DNA of 64,000 bases from Paraspadella gotoi (lineage: Eukaryota; Animalia; Chaetognatha). Positions 39,601-52,597 of this stretch are shown here, one piece after another (the stretch's first letter is position 1; each line of letters starts with the position of its first letter). The notes under the pieces are model-generated. The model did not search any database. It was not told the origin of the DNA and saw nothing but the letters and a program-made list of their open reading frames with translations. The stretch covers positions 4,435,098 through 4,499,097 of the forward strand of contig CM119269.1 in assembly GCA_051294375.1 (NCBI GenBank). Direction: 5' to 3'. A program made the position numbers and the translations under genes.

Positions 39601-42600
39601 TTCTTCGTCTAAATCCAGATACAGCCTGTTCAGTGTTTACAAATTTACTGTTTAGGGACCAACTTCAATTTAGAATTTTAAACGGTATTAGTAACACTTG
39701 ACTACCTGTATCGCTCTGAATCCTCCCGCTCTTCTCAGTTGAGTTGCACTCATTCGAGATTCAGATCTCTGTCCTAAAAAAATAAATATTATTGCGTCCA
39801 TATTATGAAATATAAAAGAGTTAAACTTAATTGTATTACAATTTGTAAAACGAGAAACAACAACAATTATACATTTGTAATCAGTGCACCGAGGACAGTT
39901 GGTTGGCATTACTATTTTTAAAAAAACATTTGTACAAAAAATGCATATTTTGATATTTTGTTGAAAATTAATTTTGGATTAAAGAATAACAAATATTCTA
40001 TTTTATGCATTGTATGTTAATGGTGTATCAGTTAGCTATTATTTGAAATAAATTTTTTTTAAATTATCATAAGACTGAAAATACAATATTATAAAAAAAT
40101 ATATTGCTACTGTATGCAAATGAGTTTTAACAAAGCTGTATTTGAATTTTGATCACTAGTTTAGGCAACCCCTCCCGCTTATATTACCATAATATAAGAG
40201 TATTTACAACCATATTTTTTTTACAGTATGCAAATTAATTTTTTGTCCAAAAAAATGCCCCTGCACTATTTTTTTTTCAAAGTGGCTCAAACTCTTATGG
40301 GGAATAAAACACCCTCAGTTCTAACCCGTATTCGATTTTCAGCTGATTTCCAGCATTTACAAAAAAGTTACAGCCTCCCTGGACTTTTCCCGGTTCTTCA
40401 AAACCGGTACTGTATGTACAATGTACAATTGTACATGTATTAATTTTGGATTTATCAAATAAGCTTTATGCAATGTTTATGCAAGTTTGGATTAATTATT
40501 TTTGTTTGCTTATATTTATTAACGTATCTTTAATATATACGTACGTAGGTCAAGAGAGAAAATAATTGGTATGAGTTAGTGATAGAACCGTTTAATATAA
40601 GCAGCTTTGTACAGTAGGGTTAAGTGTCCCGTCCCTCTTAACTACTAGGCGCCCACTGGGTTGGGACACGAATGACTTGCCTTCTGCACCAATGGCCGCG
40701 GTTGAACGATTGGTGGATTTCGGTCCACATTTCGGTGAAACACGACAACCCGCCGCTAGAAAAAAATAGTAATTTACTAAAAATAGTAATTTACTAACTT
40801 GTGAAGATTTTTTTAATCTGAAAGATTTTTTCTGTAGTAAAAACCAAAATCATGTATATATCAAAATTTTATATTGATTGGTTTTTATTTGACTTGGCAA
40901 TGAGCGGAGAAAAGTTGCCTTCAAAATCGTCTTTCATTTTAAAACTAAATTTTTTTCTTCAATCTGTTTTTCTAACTTTCTAAATATTTAATAAAAATTA
41001 CATAAATAAATAAATAAAACATTTTTCAGAAAGAAAGCAATATATATTTGATTAAATAATATAAATTAAATACTAAATCCTTCATAAAATATAAAAATAA
41101 AAAATAGTGAAACAAGTAATTTGCAAATTTTCATAGAAAGGTATCAATATTAAAATCTTTTGAAAGCTTTTTAAAATATGAAGAGAATTGTATTATTAAA
41201 AATACTGTAATATAAAAATTCGCCTATCCAGTTTTAAATCAAAAAATGTAATCAAAACTAAAATAATTATTAAATTAAAAATTCCTAAAAAGCTGTTTTG
41301 GAATAATTATTGAATTTTTTTATAACCATTTTAATTTAGTTTTTCTCAAGCTTTTTTATGATATCTAAATAAACAATAATTGGTTAGATCATCATAGTTA
41401 AAATAGATAAGATATTTGAAAAAATATATTTTAGGATTTTATTATTTAAATTTTGATTACCTTGATTAAACTAAAGCTGGTTAGGCATATTTTCATGTTA
41501 CAATATTCTTAAATATGTAATTTTATTCAAATTTCCAAGAGCTTTCAGAAGATTTTAATATTGATACCTTTTTATGTAAAAGTTTTTTAAAAAATGTTCA
41601 GAAAGTTAGACAAAAAAATAAAAAAAAAAGATTTGTTTTAAAATGTAAGACGATTCTTAAAACAACTTTTTGCCGCTCATTGCCAAGTAAAATCAAAACC
41701 AATCAATATGAAATTTGGTTCCATATATAAATGATTTTGGTTTTTACAACAGAAAAAATCTTTACAGGTTTGCAAATGACGATTTTTTTATAGCGGCGGG
41801 TTGTCGTGTGTCACCTTTTAAGTATGTTCTTCACTACTTCACTGTAGTTTCCAGAGAATTTATTTTAAATAGCCCATCGCAGACTCAAGAATCGAAATCT
41901 GATCGACGACTCGAGTAAAATCCGCCGGAACCAAAATCGAACATTCTCATTGGTCAAGACATAAATGGCACCGGCCAATGATCGGATTTTTACCCTTACC
42001 CCCGATATACTTTTGGAATAAGCCACAGCTAAGTAATTGGCCCATTTTACTTGCCTCGTTGAAGTTGCAAAGACGTACGAGAATTTGATCTGCGTATATT
42101 GTCGAAGGGACCAACAGGTATTTGAGGTAAGAATGTCGACGCGACAGTGACAGAACTTTAGATAAACAACGTAAATGCGGATTTTAGCAGTTCTTATACG
42201 GGGACTTCAATTTGGGGTGATACGAAAATACTTGATTAAACTCGTAATTCTTTCACGACATCTTATTTTTATGACATATATTAGTTACAAAACTACTTGT
42301 TGACCTAAAAAATGTTAAAATTAATTTTTAAAGCAGATTGTGAAGTTATTTGATATAAAAATAATTTACTATGGGAACTATCATTTATCAATATTGTCTT
42401 TCATAATTTTTTTCCAAAATGAAAACGTGATGATTATGATCGAGAATTATTCCAAATATAATTTTTTAAAAATCTTATTGATAAAAAAAATAAAGCATTA
42501 AACATTTTTTTATAGTTTTAATAGGAACTGTTTCAAAGTATAAATTCTGCTTCTTCAGAAATTTACCATTTCAGGAAAATCTTTATTACATAGAAACTAT

Positions 42601-43147
42601 CCTTGCTAGAATGTTCCGAATTGGTGAAAAAAAAGTATTTTTGTATTCGTATGATAAAATTTTATAACCCGATCGATCTTCGTTTCGATTATATTACAAG
42701 TTCTTTCGTATCCCTTTATACGCGCTAATATATAACCACCCCTAGAGGTTTATATTAGGTTTAGTTGTTTATTTGCACTATGCTACAGCGAGACTATCAG
42801 CTACGAAACCGACAATTAGCCCTTCGGAACGTATGCGAGTTCTGAAGTCACCACAATTAATAATACTTTTAACAGATTTTGTATATTTGATTTACCTGTC
42901 GGCCCTACCTCTTCCAGTATCCGATGATCGAAAAGAAACTCCTGAAACCTAGAAAATATTTCGTGTTGTAAAGAATAATAGGTTTGAATTTTTGGCCAGA
43001 TCTAACCTGTGACACTTTACTAAGTACACTTTCTCCGCGTTTTCGCGAGAGCACTACGGTAGCCCGCTCCCATTGGTTTCTCGCGTTCTCGGAACGGGTC
43101 CTGACGACGAGAGGGAAACGGAAACCGTCTTCATCGGTGGTGGACAT
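36654..43147 (-). CDS. Uncharacterised multi-exon protein
   Basis: Phase-compatible GT-AG exons: MSTTDEDGFRFPLVVRTR (43147-43007), two less certain exons near 42940 and 42150, then GQRSESRMSATQLRRAGGFRAIQ, AVSGFRRRKKRTE, LSPESRYLMLKGYEDIL, PNNSLLSS..ERSDGQE and VSEGNELWNASYRLQNAMDALD..NYWACKWREEF..*. Confidence 0.65.
37395..37904. mobile_element. Foldback/MITE with about 100-bp imperfect arms, right arm interrupted by an insertion
   Basis: atatcatcgcagagaatgga at 37395 and its reverse complement ending at 37904; arms pair inward to ccaacg/cgttgg. Confidence 0.85.
37606..37880. mobile_element. 275-bp GC-rich insertion with a 9-bp target-site duplication
   Basis: ataatccat at 37597-37605 and 37881-37889 flanks it; removing it restores the host arm. 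Confidence 0.85.
40595..40728 (-). mobile_element. Second, internally deleted copy of the tRNA-derived SINE-like element
   Basis: Reverse complement aatccaccaatcgttcaaccgcggccattggtgcagaaggcaagtcattcg..cccagtgg..agttaagagggacggg..cttaaccc matches 18660-18790. Confidence 0.75.
40734..41815. mobile_element. Non-autonomous foldback DNA transposon, possibly Kolobok-like
   Basis: TIRs ggtgaaacacgacaacccgccgcta / tagcggcgggttgtcgtgtgtcacc, several hundred bp of imperfect inner inverted similarity, ttaa just outside the right end. Confidence 0.8.
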
Positions 43148-44437
43148 GCCAAAAAACGTCGTTGGACAATGAATTTGAAAAAACAATGTTAGCCCGGATC
43201 AGTGACGAGCGTAAAGGAGTTGCCATAGCAATAATCAGTTAATCAGTACTTATCAAATCGATAAAACTGGATATTTTTAATTTATTTACTTTCTTATATA
43301 ATTACTACGTATGTACTTAATGGATATTGAAGTGACAGTCTTTGTCGGCTCAATAACATATCAATAAGATCAATCTCCGGTTTTTCTCGTTTAAAATTTT
43401 ATTATGTATTTTTAAACTCACTGTTATAATTCTTCTCATTTTCGCTTTAAAACTATGTTCAAATAGTTTTCGACTACATCCTTATGAATAAAGGTATTGG
43501 CGCTGAAATAATTGGATTCATATAAGAGAATTTCTAATTGAATATGTATTCCTTAATTTAAGGTTTAACTGCTTCCCCGTTTGCTTTCAATTCATGAGAC
43601 CATAAATCAGTAATAGGTCTCAAGAAATCTTTTGTTTTGAAAGAATGTTCAAAAGAATAAATAACAGGAGGCGCAAGCTTATTGGCAAAGAAAAAAGGTT
43701 TTTCACAATAGAACAAGATTATTACTAATGAATACTAATGAATACTATGAATTAAAAAATCATTAAGTCATGTGAAGTTGTTTAAATAGTATACTGTATC
43801 TAGTATACAACAAAAAGTGTATGAAGAATAAGAATATTTTAAATAAAAAATTATTTAACCATGTGAAGTTGTTTACTTATCTTGTATTCAACAAAGATGT
43901 GCATGAAGAATATGTATATTTTAAATAAAAATTCCATGTTCCCATGTTTCGCTTCTTGAAACCGCCATGATACTAATTTTAAATACCGTTATCATCAACA
44001 TAGATATAAGCTGTATAATTTATAAGACTGGAGCAAAAAAATTCTCAGTATTTTTATAGAAAAATCCTCGTGTTAAATCATGTCTGCGCTGCTGTTGTAT
44101 TTTCTGAATAAAAAAATTAAAAGCCTATCTAAAATAAAAAACATTTTTACAGATTCATTCTTCTAATTTATCTAAATCTAACATTGAAAGAAGAAAAGTG
44201 GGTAAAACAGATAATTAGCAATTCTATAATCTAGGTGTATAAAAAGGCCATTAGGAGTTAACGTGAAAGACATATTAAATAAGAAAATAACAGGACTCAG
44301 CGGCTCGTTGAATTACATAACTTCAAAATCATTGCGCGCTTTTTTGGCACATATAATTATAATGTTCTAATTGATCATTAGATTTTATAGTTCGAGGATT
44401 TATAAATGACATTTTTTCGTATTAGCTCTAACGAAAA

Positions 44438-46363
44438 TCATTTCCCGGCACTTTTTCCAGACTTGGCCCCACCTGATGACTCTTCGTTACTTAGTTCGGC
44501 CAGTTTTTCCCTCGACAAAAATTTAGAAAACAGTTTTTTAGCTTTAAGCTTATTTCTTTTACTGCTGCATCCCGCTTCTTCGCCACTTGTACGAAGATTG
44601 TCCAATTCCGGCGTCGACTGCTTCGACGTCTCGCTCGATTCGTCCGAAGTTGAATCGTTCCCATGATCCCCTTCGTCGGCATCTTCGTCAGCTGCATCGC
44701 AATCTCGGCTCAAGGCGGTCTCGCTGTTAGATCTTGATATGGACTGATCATTTATCGCGGCAAAACGCGGATGACCTTTGGGCAACGTGGACGATCTTTG
44801 AAAAAGATTATCCTGCAAATGACGGACGTCGGCGGAAGATCTCTCCAGAAAAAACGAAGGACGGTTTACACCCTCCAAATCGGTCAAGGAGGTGACCGAA
44901 CGCTTTTTAGGTATTGACCGCTTTGACCCATAATCAGAAACGGATCCACTGTCAGAGTCTCCCATAGAAGCTTCTTGCTCGTCAATTTTGTCCAAGCTTT
45001 TAACGAAAGAGGCGGACGGTGGAAGAACGGACGGAGTGTCTACCTGAATCGAGACTCCGCAGAGCATCTCGATCTGCTGCCACCTTTGGCGTCTCTCTCG
45101 GAGATCGTCGCCGACTTCCTCGAGAGCTGACTTGGCATCGAATATTCGCTTGTCGATTTTGTCCATCAGATCTCGGTGAGGCATCGACATGAGCGTCAGG
45201 ACGGAATCTCTTTTTTTACGTACTTTTTCGCAGAACTCTTTAGCTTCGGCGAGTTGCTTCTCCGCGGCGAGCCTCTTCAATGCGTGATTCTTGGTCTCTT
45301 GCTTATAAGTCTTTTGAAGCAGCTTTTGCAATTCGACTGGGGCGACCCATAGGCGATCATCCGCGGACCGAAGCTCCTGCTCCGCTCCCTTCAAAGCCTT
45401 TCGGACCTGTTCTAACTCTTCTTCTGCCAATCTCAGGCCGTCTGCTTTTTCATCGGACTTGAGTCGCAACAGCTTGAGTTTGTCAGCTTCCAATTTGACC
45501 CTTTTAATCTCTTCCATTAGGTTTTCCTTTTCCTTGGCGTCCTTCTCCCTCGACAACTCTAGCTCTATTTTCTTTTTTTCATCCGACTTCAGATGCTCCT
45601 GCAGTTCCCTCAAATCCGTTTCTGTCTTAGTGAGGTACTCCATCTTGGTCTGGAGCTTTGATAGGTCCCGCTTGGACTTTTTTGATTGATTGTCTGCGAA
45701 CCAGGCGCAGACGCTGGCAAATAAAATAAGTACTCCCAGCAATATGTCCTTCAGAGTGTCATGAGTGTTGGCTGGCGGTCCAAAAATCACCACATCCGTA
45801 GCTTTAATAATTATCTTCCTCTTAACATCCGGTGGAAGACGACCCAGGGTTTTGGTAAAATAATGATCTTGATTGGCCGCGAGCAAAGTTAAATGCAGTC
45901 CAGTGATAGATTTTTCTCGAAACAGAGATTCGTAATTAGGAAGATTAATGTGAGTACCGAGCCAAGCACCTACATCGTCTACGGTCCAATTGTAGACTGA
46001 TGATTTTTTGAACGTGTCCCACAGCTCCTCTACAGATATTTGGTAATCGTTATTATGAAAATTCTTTTGTCGCGAGCCGCCGTTGCGATTGTCTAGTTCC
46101 TCCCGGATGTACTCGTCGCTCTCGCTGAGATCGACGCTGCCCGACCGGTCGTCGTCCATCTGCTCGTGGAGAAACTTGACGGCCAGGAAAGCGCTTTCTT
46201 CGAGTTCGCTGAGGAAAGTCATCGTTGGCTCGTTGTTTTGTAAGCTTTTTGGTGCGTTTGGTTTGAGATCGATGCTTTTCGATAGATTTTCTAATTCGTT
46301 CGATGATTCGGGCAGGCATATTTGGACAATTAACAAAAATATCACACTTCGAGGAGTTTCCAT
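44438..46363 (-). CDS. STIM: Stromal interaction molecule (ER Ca2+ sensor), single coding exon
   Basis: 641-aa ORF: signal peptide, EF-hand DDDRSGSVDLSE, SAM (VYNWTVDDVGAWL), TM ILLGVLILFASVCAWFA, coiled coils, CAD/SOAR (ELQKLLQKTY..LRERRQRWQQIEMLCG) and a basic tail. Confidence 0.95.
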   Translation of the reverse strand: METPRSVIFLLIVQICLPESSNELENLSKSIDLKPNAPKSLQNNEPTMTFLSELEESAFLAVKFLHEQMDDDRSGSVDLSESDEYIREELDNRNGGSRQKNFHNNDYQISVEELWDTFKKSSVYNWTVDDVGAWLGTHINLPNYESLFREKSITGLHLTLLAANQDHYFTKTLGRLPPDVKRKIIIKATDVVIFGPPANTHDTLKDILLGVLILFASVCAWFADNQSKKSKRDLSKLQTKMEYLTKTETDLRELQEHLKSDEKKKIELELSREKDAKEKENLMEEIKRVKLEADKLKLLRLKSDEKADGLRLAEEELEQVRKALKGAEQELRSADDRLWVAPVELQKLLQKTYKQETKNHALKRLAAEKQLAEAKEFCEKVRKKRDSVLTLMSMPHRDLMDKIDKRIFDAKSALEEVGDDLRERRQRWQQIEMLCGVSIQVDTPSVLPPSASFVKSLDKIDEQEASMGDSDSGSVSDYGSKRSIPKKRSVTSLTDLEGVNRPSFFLERSSADVRHLQDNLFQRSSTLPKGHPRFAAINDQSISRSNSETALSRDCDAADEDADEGDHGNDSTSDESSETSKQSTPELDNLRTSGEEAGCSSKRNKLKAKKLFSKFLSREKLAELSNEESSGGAKSGKSAGK

Positions 46364-49300
46364 CTTCGACTCATCCTTAAAAACAAAATTTAGAAATTAA
46401 ATACAAGCTTTAAAATTTAAAAAAAAATGCATTAAAATGTACCTTCGTGAAGAAAATTTTGTGTAAAAGTTAAACCGATTAAATAGTAGCTTATCTTCTG
46501 TTTAGTGTTTTATGATTATTCATTGCGTTTTCGTCATGATTCTTCTGTCAAGGTATTATTCAGTTGGTTACATTTGGTAGTTTTTAGAGAATTTTTTTTT
46601 CTCAAAAAATCTGCAACGCAATCACTTATTCGACGCCAACGACATCTTCGAATTCGACGAACATTTTCCGAGGTTCAGGATCCTTGCTGGCGTAGGGGGT
46701 CTTGGGGAAAACGAGAAAGAGGATTTGCAGGAATACTCGGTTAATCCGCTGCAGCGCCGACTGTGCATCTCAGTAGCTGCCGCGCCTGCTGCGTTTAAGC
46801 TGCGGGCTTCTCTCTCACGGCCATGTCGGCCACGTTCCCCGCAGCAGCCTGGCTTCTCTTCGTCGATGTTAGATGACGGAGAGAAAAGTCATTTCAGTCG
46901 ACCATCCGCCCGCCCGATCCACGTCCACGTCGAACGACGCACCTTTTTGCTTTACAAGATCAAGAATAGTGACTTTTAATTTACGCCCTCTACGATCCTT
47001 TCTGTACTGACAGGAGCTTGCATTTTATATTTTCTTGACAACCGTCTTTTTCGATACTTCGCTCATGGTTCGTAAAACATGAAATGCAATAATTTAATAA
47101 CTGACGTTGGACAGCTCGCTCGGCATCGCCATTCCGACTTTACATAACCATAATGTTATTTTTTGTTTGTATTTGATATATTTTGCGACGTCAGATTCAA
47201 AAACACATATCATGAACTTCTCTGCATCGCCCATTACTACGATAAAAAAACCGTGTAAGAATAATAATTTAAATGTATAATTAATTTCGGTCTGAAACCC
47301 TTTTTCCTTCGTGTTTCGCCTTTCCCTTGCTATCGGCTGCAGCCTGCAGGCTTCTCTTTCTGCTGCAGCCAAGTCGATGCTGGCGCCTGCATCTTTCAAG
47401 AACATTCCTCGCCCGACTCGGACTCCATTTTCTCCTCCGTTCTCGCTGAATGGAAAGGCCATTCGATTTTTAATTTCAATAAAATCCAATATCAATATCT
47501 AAAAGTAAAACTAATGTCGTCGTCATAGCATTGATTTGTACTTATTTTAGACTATATTTCGCTGCTGTTTATATATAATGCTCGAAAGGAGTCTATACTT
47601 CAATCTTACTTATTTCAGTTCAAATTCTTTCGCTTTTAACGGGGTATAACGGGATAAACACTGCGCCAACTCGGAAACTAACCTCAGCAACGTAAGTAAT
47701 TTGTCTTTATTTTATGTTAGTGATATAAAGGTTAACTGTTCTTAATATAAATTATGCTTATGTAGAAATTCATCAATTGAGTTACAATATGTACTTGAGC
47801 TTCAAAATATTTCTGTATTTCGATACTCTATCGATAGTAAAATCAAGTAATCTATCATATGCCATGTCAGTTTTTTAATTTTAATCTTTTTTTCCGGGCA
47901 TATTTTTAAGTCTTTTATGAGGAAATGGTTGCTTTAACGTTGTCCTATCTTAATTCAAAGAATAGTTCGTTTTCACACCTTATATCGTAAATATTATATT
48001 GTAAAATTTTTTATTTCCTCATAAAGACCGGCGAACAGAATTAGTTTTATCATGTTAAACAGTTAAAATTTGTTATAATGGCGTTACTACAGAACTCTCA
48101 TGATTCGTGTTCTGTTTCCAATTCAGTATCTTGTTTTACTTTACAGATCTCAAACCGTTACCCCTGGATTCGTGATCAACAAAAGGAAGCTATTTGAGGG
48201 ATTGAATTTTAAGAAAATTTGATGTGAAAGTTCTTTTGTCTCATTGATTCATTTTTCTTTCATTGTTTTTATTCTTTGACCTCAATCTCAATTGATAGGC
48301 TGATAACTTTCCCTCATTGAGAAACATTCATAGGAGTTATACATAAATACAGATACCGTCCTAGAACATTCAACTAATAAATTAACTCAATAAGCCTAAA
48401 GTCCCAAACAGTTCTGAATGGCATTGTTTTACTGGTACATTTTCGAAAAAAAATCTTCGGTTGACCTCGGTTAAACCGCCTAATTCTGCTATCGGAGATT
48501 GACCTCGGGGGGGGGGGGTGCTTTTAAAATTAAAGATTACGTTAGGGGCTGGGCGAAACTTTTATGCAAGTTGGGAATATGGAATTTTCTATAAGGTCTG
48601 TAGTTATGCTAATCTCCAAGTAAAATTTTGCTATGAAAGTTTTCTAAAATCTTTTCATGGTACAATGCAGAACCGTTCCTGCTTTCCGGGAGCTATTGTA
48701 AAAAAATATAAAAATTATACTTGCATTCGGATATTTTAAATAAGAAAGATCATGTTTGACCATCTTGAGATAGGTCCGACAGTTAAAAACTTGCGCTTGT
48801 GGCTAAAAAAATCATTCATCTTCATTACAGTTTGTGAAATCTAAATTTTATCATACAAAATGAACCCTAATTAATTAAAGATTTGTTTCTGATCGGCACT
48901 ATTAAAAATAGCAAAATTTATTGGTCTTAATTTAAAAATGAATCATAAGGATTTAAAAGATATGCAAAAAGTTAAAATTAATAACTGTAAAAGTCCACGG
49001 TATATTTTAACTTTCTAGATTCATCTTAATTTTTTGAAGTACAAATTTTGTATATTAATTTTTCTAATTTATTCTTAAGATTTTTACTTAAGCATTATAA
49101 CGCATATAATTACTGTATATTTCTGAAAGATTTTTGGTAATTTCACGTTTGCTTGATGGGTTATTAAATTTCATTTCTAATTCCCTAGTCCTAAAATAAT
49201 TAAGTATTAACTAAATAAACTATAGATATATTTTTATTTACTGAATATACTTTTTTTAGCGATGTCGCTTTTTGAATGTGTATAAATTGTTCCTAACATT

Positions 49301-52300
49301 GCTCTTTTGAATATTACCCTTAATATGGGGAAAAATTTAGCATTGACTGCAGAATTCTTTTTTGATCAACTCGATATGTATATATATAATTTTAACTCAT
49401 TTATAATTGTGAAACCTTTCAAATATTACGAGGTGAATTCTGTTAGAGAAAAGTGCTACATTCAGTAATTTTTTTCTCAGAAGATTAAATTATAAAGGGA
49501 TTAAAGACTGAAAAATTTATAAATTATTAATTATGCTTTTAATTAATTGGTACTTAAATTTTTGGTCTATTTAATTTTTTTTCTTATTGTATTTTGTTTA
49601 CACGCTATGATAATTATTATTTTATGAGCTTAGCAATTTTAGTATTAATAAGATGTGTAGTTCTTACTTTAATCGTCCTGGAAGAAACTAAGGCTCTTTA
49701 AAGCATTCAAATTTGATATCAGATTAGGTTAATATAAAATTTCATTTGTTCATTCGAGCTGTATTTGACTTGACATCTCCACTTGTCATTTTTTGATACG
49801 TCTCCTTTTGAACTACTCTTGCTGTTGTAACGTTTTACATAGTAAATTATTTTTAATGGCACTTAAGAATTTAAGATTTAGGTTTGTTTCTTACTTTTCC
49901 TTCATACAGAGAATTATTTGCGTAAAGCAACAGTTTTAAATTTATAATTTTATTTAAGAAATACTCCTGAAAGATAGCTGATGTTTAATCATCATTATCC
50001 TCAAAACGATCGGTGGTAAGTTGGAAGTGTTACTTTTGCTAGGAAAGGAGCTTCTGGACTACCGTAATGTAATAATATTTAAATTCATTTTTTCGGGGTG
50101 TATAATAAATATGGAATATTGACTAATTTTTTTAAATATGTAAAGCTTAACTTCAATCCTAATCTCAGGTTCTCAGGGTTACTACTAAACAGGCGCAGAT
50201 CGTTTAGGGTCCCGAACGCTTCATGAGGAGACGGCTAATGGTGCCTTCGCTACTACTTAAACGCTTCTTCCGTGATTTACTCGTATAGTCCCTGTACGGT
50301 CAGTTTGGATAAACACTTATTGCGTTTGTAAATTTAAACTACTAAGTTGATAGTTTTGATTTAAAACCCTTTGATTTGTATCTGAAACAATTATGTATAT
50401 GCAGTAATAAACATGGACTGCAGAATTAGAATGTCAATAATTTTAGAAATTCTCAGCTCTTGAAAAACCGATGTAATTTATTTGTTATGCAAAGGTAGGT
50501 TTTATTACTTGTTAAAAACCGATTTAGTTGCTCAGTTGAAAAAATATAACGGCTGCGAGATTTAAAAGGAAGTAATCGAATTTGCTTTACTTGTTTTCAA
50601 AATATTTCAATGGAGATTTAGATTACATATACAATCTTAGTTTATTTTAAATAAGAAGTTGCTCATTCACCAAAAAACTATTGCTAATAATATTTGCTAT
50701 TTAAGGTTATTTGAATTAAAATTTAAATCGAAAATTAAATTTTTATCGATTACGAAAGAAAAACCTTATTTTATCGCGTTTTGTCACTAAGTCTTATAAA
50801 AACGTATACTGAGTTAAATATTTTTAAAAATATTTTTAACTGCTCTTTATCATCCGTAATGAATTTAAATTGTTCAGTTTAAGAATATTTTATTTTTCAT
50901 TTCCTTCTCTATGTCGCACGAAGCCGTCAATTATTTCGGTTAGTATAATGATTTTTAGTAAAATAGTATTAATGAGAATACAATCGACAGGGGCCACAGA
51001 TAGCGGGTGAATGGATCCTCCCTTGCGATACGGCTCGTTTTAGGAAACGCTTCAATTGCAGAGTAATTTTTTAGTCAAATTTTATTTTGACTGACTGGAT
51101 ATTAATTTAAAAAAAATTATTAAAAAAATAATATAAATTATTTAAAAAATTATGTAAAAATTTTATTTACCCTTAGCTTTAAATTATTTTATCATTTTTA
51201 AATTATTTGTAATCTTAAATTCTCCGTAATATTAAATTTTCCATAATCTTAAACTTTCCTTAACCCGAGTCGGCGAAAGTAAAATTATGCTAATTTATGC
51301 TTACTGTTGTGAAGCCTGAAATTTTTTTATTATATTAATTGTATATTGGTAAACTTAGTTCGAATTTAGGATTAAGTTTTGTTTTATAAAGCTGAAAGCC
51401 GTTTATAAGTTTTGAATGGGTTTTTCCACAAATTTGTATTAATTTAATGATATAATTTTACTTTCTTTGTCGGTACAAATTAACTAAGCTCTCAGATTGA
51501 ATTAAATATAAGAAAAGAGATACAACTTTGATAAAAATATTGTTAATAAAGTAAACTTAACTCGCAGACCTCATAAATGGGACCAAAAATTCTGAAATCT
51601 TGGTTCCATAGTTTTATTTTGGGGCGTACAAAAAAACAAAAACGGACGCAACCATTTCTGCACCCGCGATCTTGGGCTTTCCGCACTCCGCAGACCACGC
51701 CGCTGCAGATGTGCGCCGCCGCTACGCTCTACGGGAACGTTCCCTCTGCCTGCAGCTCGAAAAGCCGAAAAAAAAGTTGACGGAAAGCGAATGAGAAAAA
51801 GTCGCATAAATGAGCCGGCGCGGCGGAAAAAGTCGAGGGTTTCTCCGAAGAGAATTTGTGTTTTTAAGTGTAACCTTAATTTGCCCGAATGATTTCGAAT
51901 CATTTTGTGTTAGGAACATTCGTTTTTTTGCTGAGAGGAGTAGTTCAGTCTCATGAAATTGGTACAACCAAGTTCTGGAGTGATTTCGATTTGTACCGAT
52001 ACAACGAGAAGTAATATTAAAATTAAGATAAAGGCTATGTTCAAAGTTCTGATTTAGTGATGGCTTATGGTCCGTGTATGTTTCATGTTTTTAACGTCGT
52101 CCGGCAGCTTTAAAAAGTTATATTTTCTCACAATAGTTCTTTTAACCGACTCTCGCTTTTGACTTTGTTTCTATTTTCTCTTCACCTTCTATTCCATTTT
52201 TTTACCTTACCTTTTTTGCTTCTTTCTATATTGCCTCGAGTTTCGGTTTTTCACCGAGTTTCTCCCTTGTTAGGACATAGGTTGTAAAAGAATTAATAGA

Positions 52301-52597
52301 AAAATTATTCTAATTTAATTTGGTACTTTTTAAAATGGAAACTGATAACAAACAATACACCCTGTCAAACAAATAGTTGCTCATGAATAATCTTAACTTT
52401 TGATACTAACGAACACTTCACTCTGTTTTTTATTTAATAGGGTAATTTGTAAAAAAATTTTTTTTGCAATACACACACTAAATATTTTCTTTTTCATTCG
52501 ACCAGGTTGATAACTACGTGACGATAAAAAATTATCATTATGCGAAGAGGACTATAAAATAGATTTTCGAAAAACTCAATTTTATTTAAAAAAAACA

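Noticed and set aside
47094-47495. 133-aa minus-strand ORF upstream of STIM
   Set aside because: Mixed composition and no domain; more likely promoter or UTR sequence.
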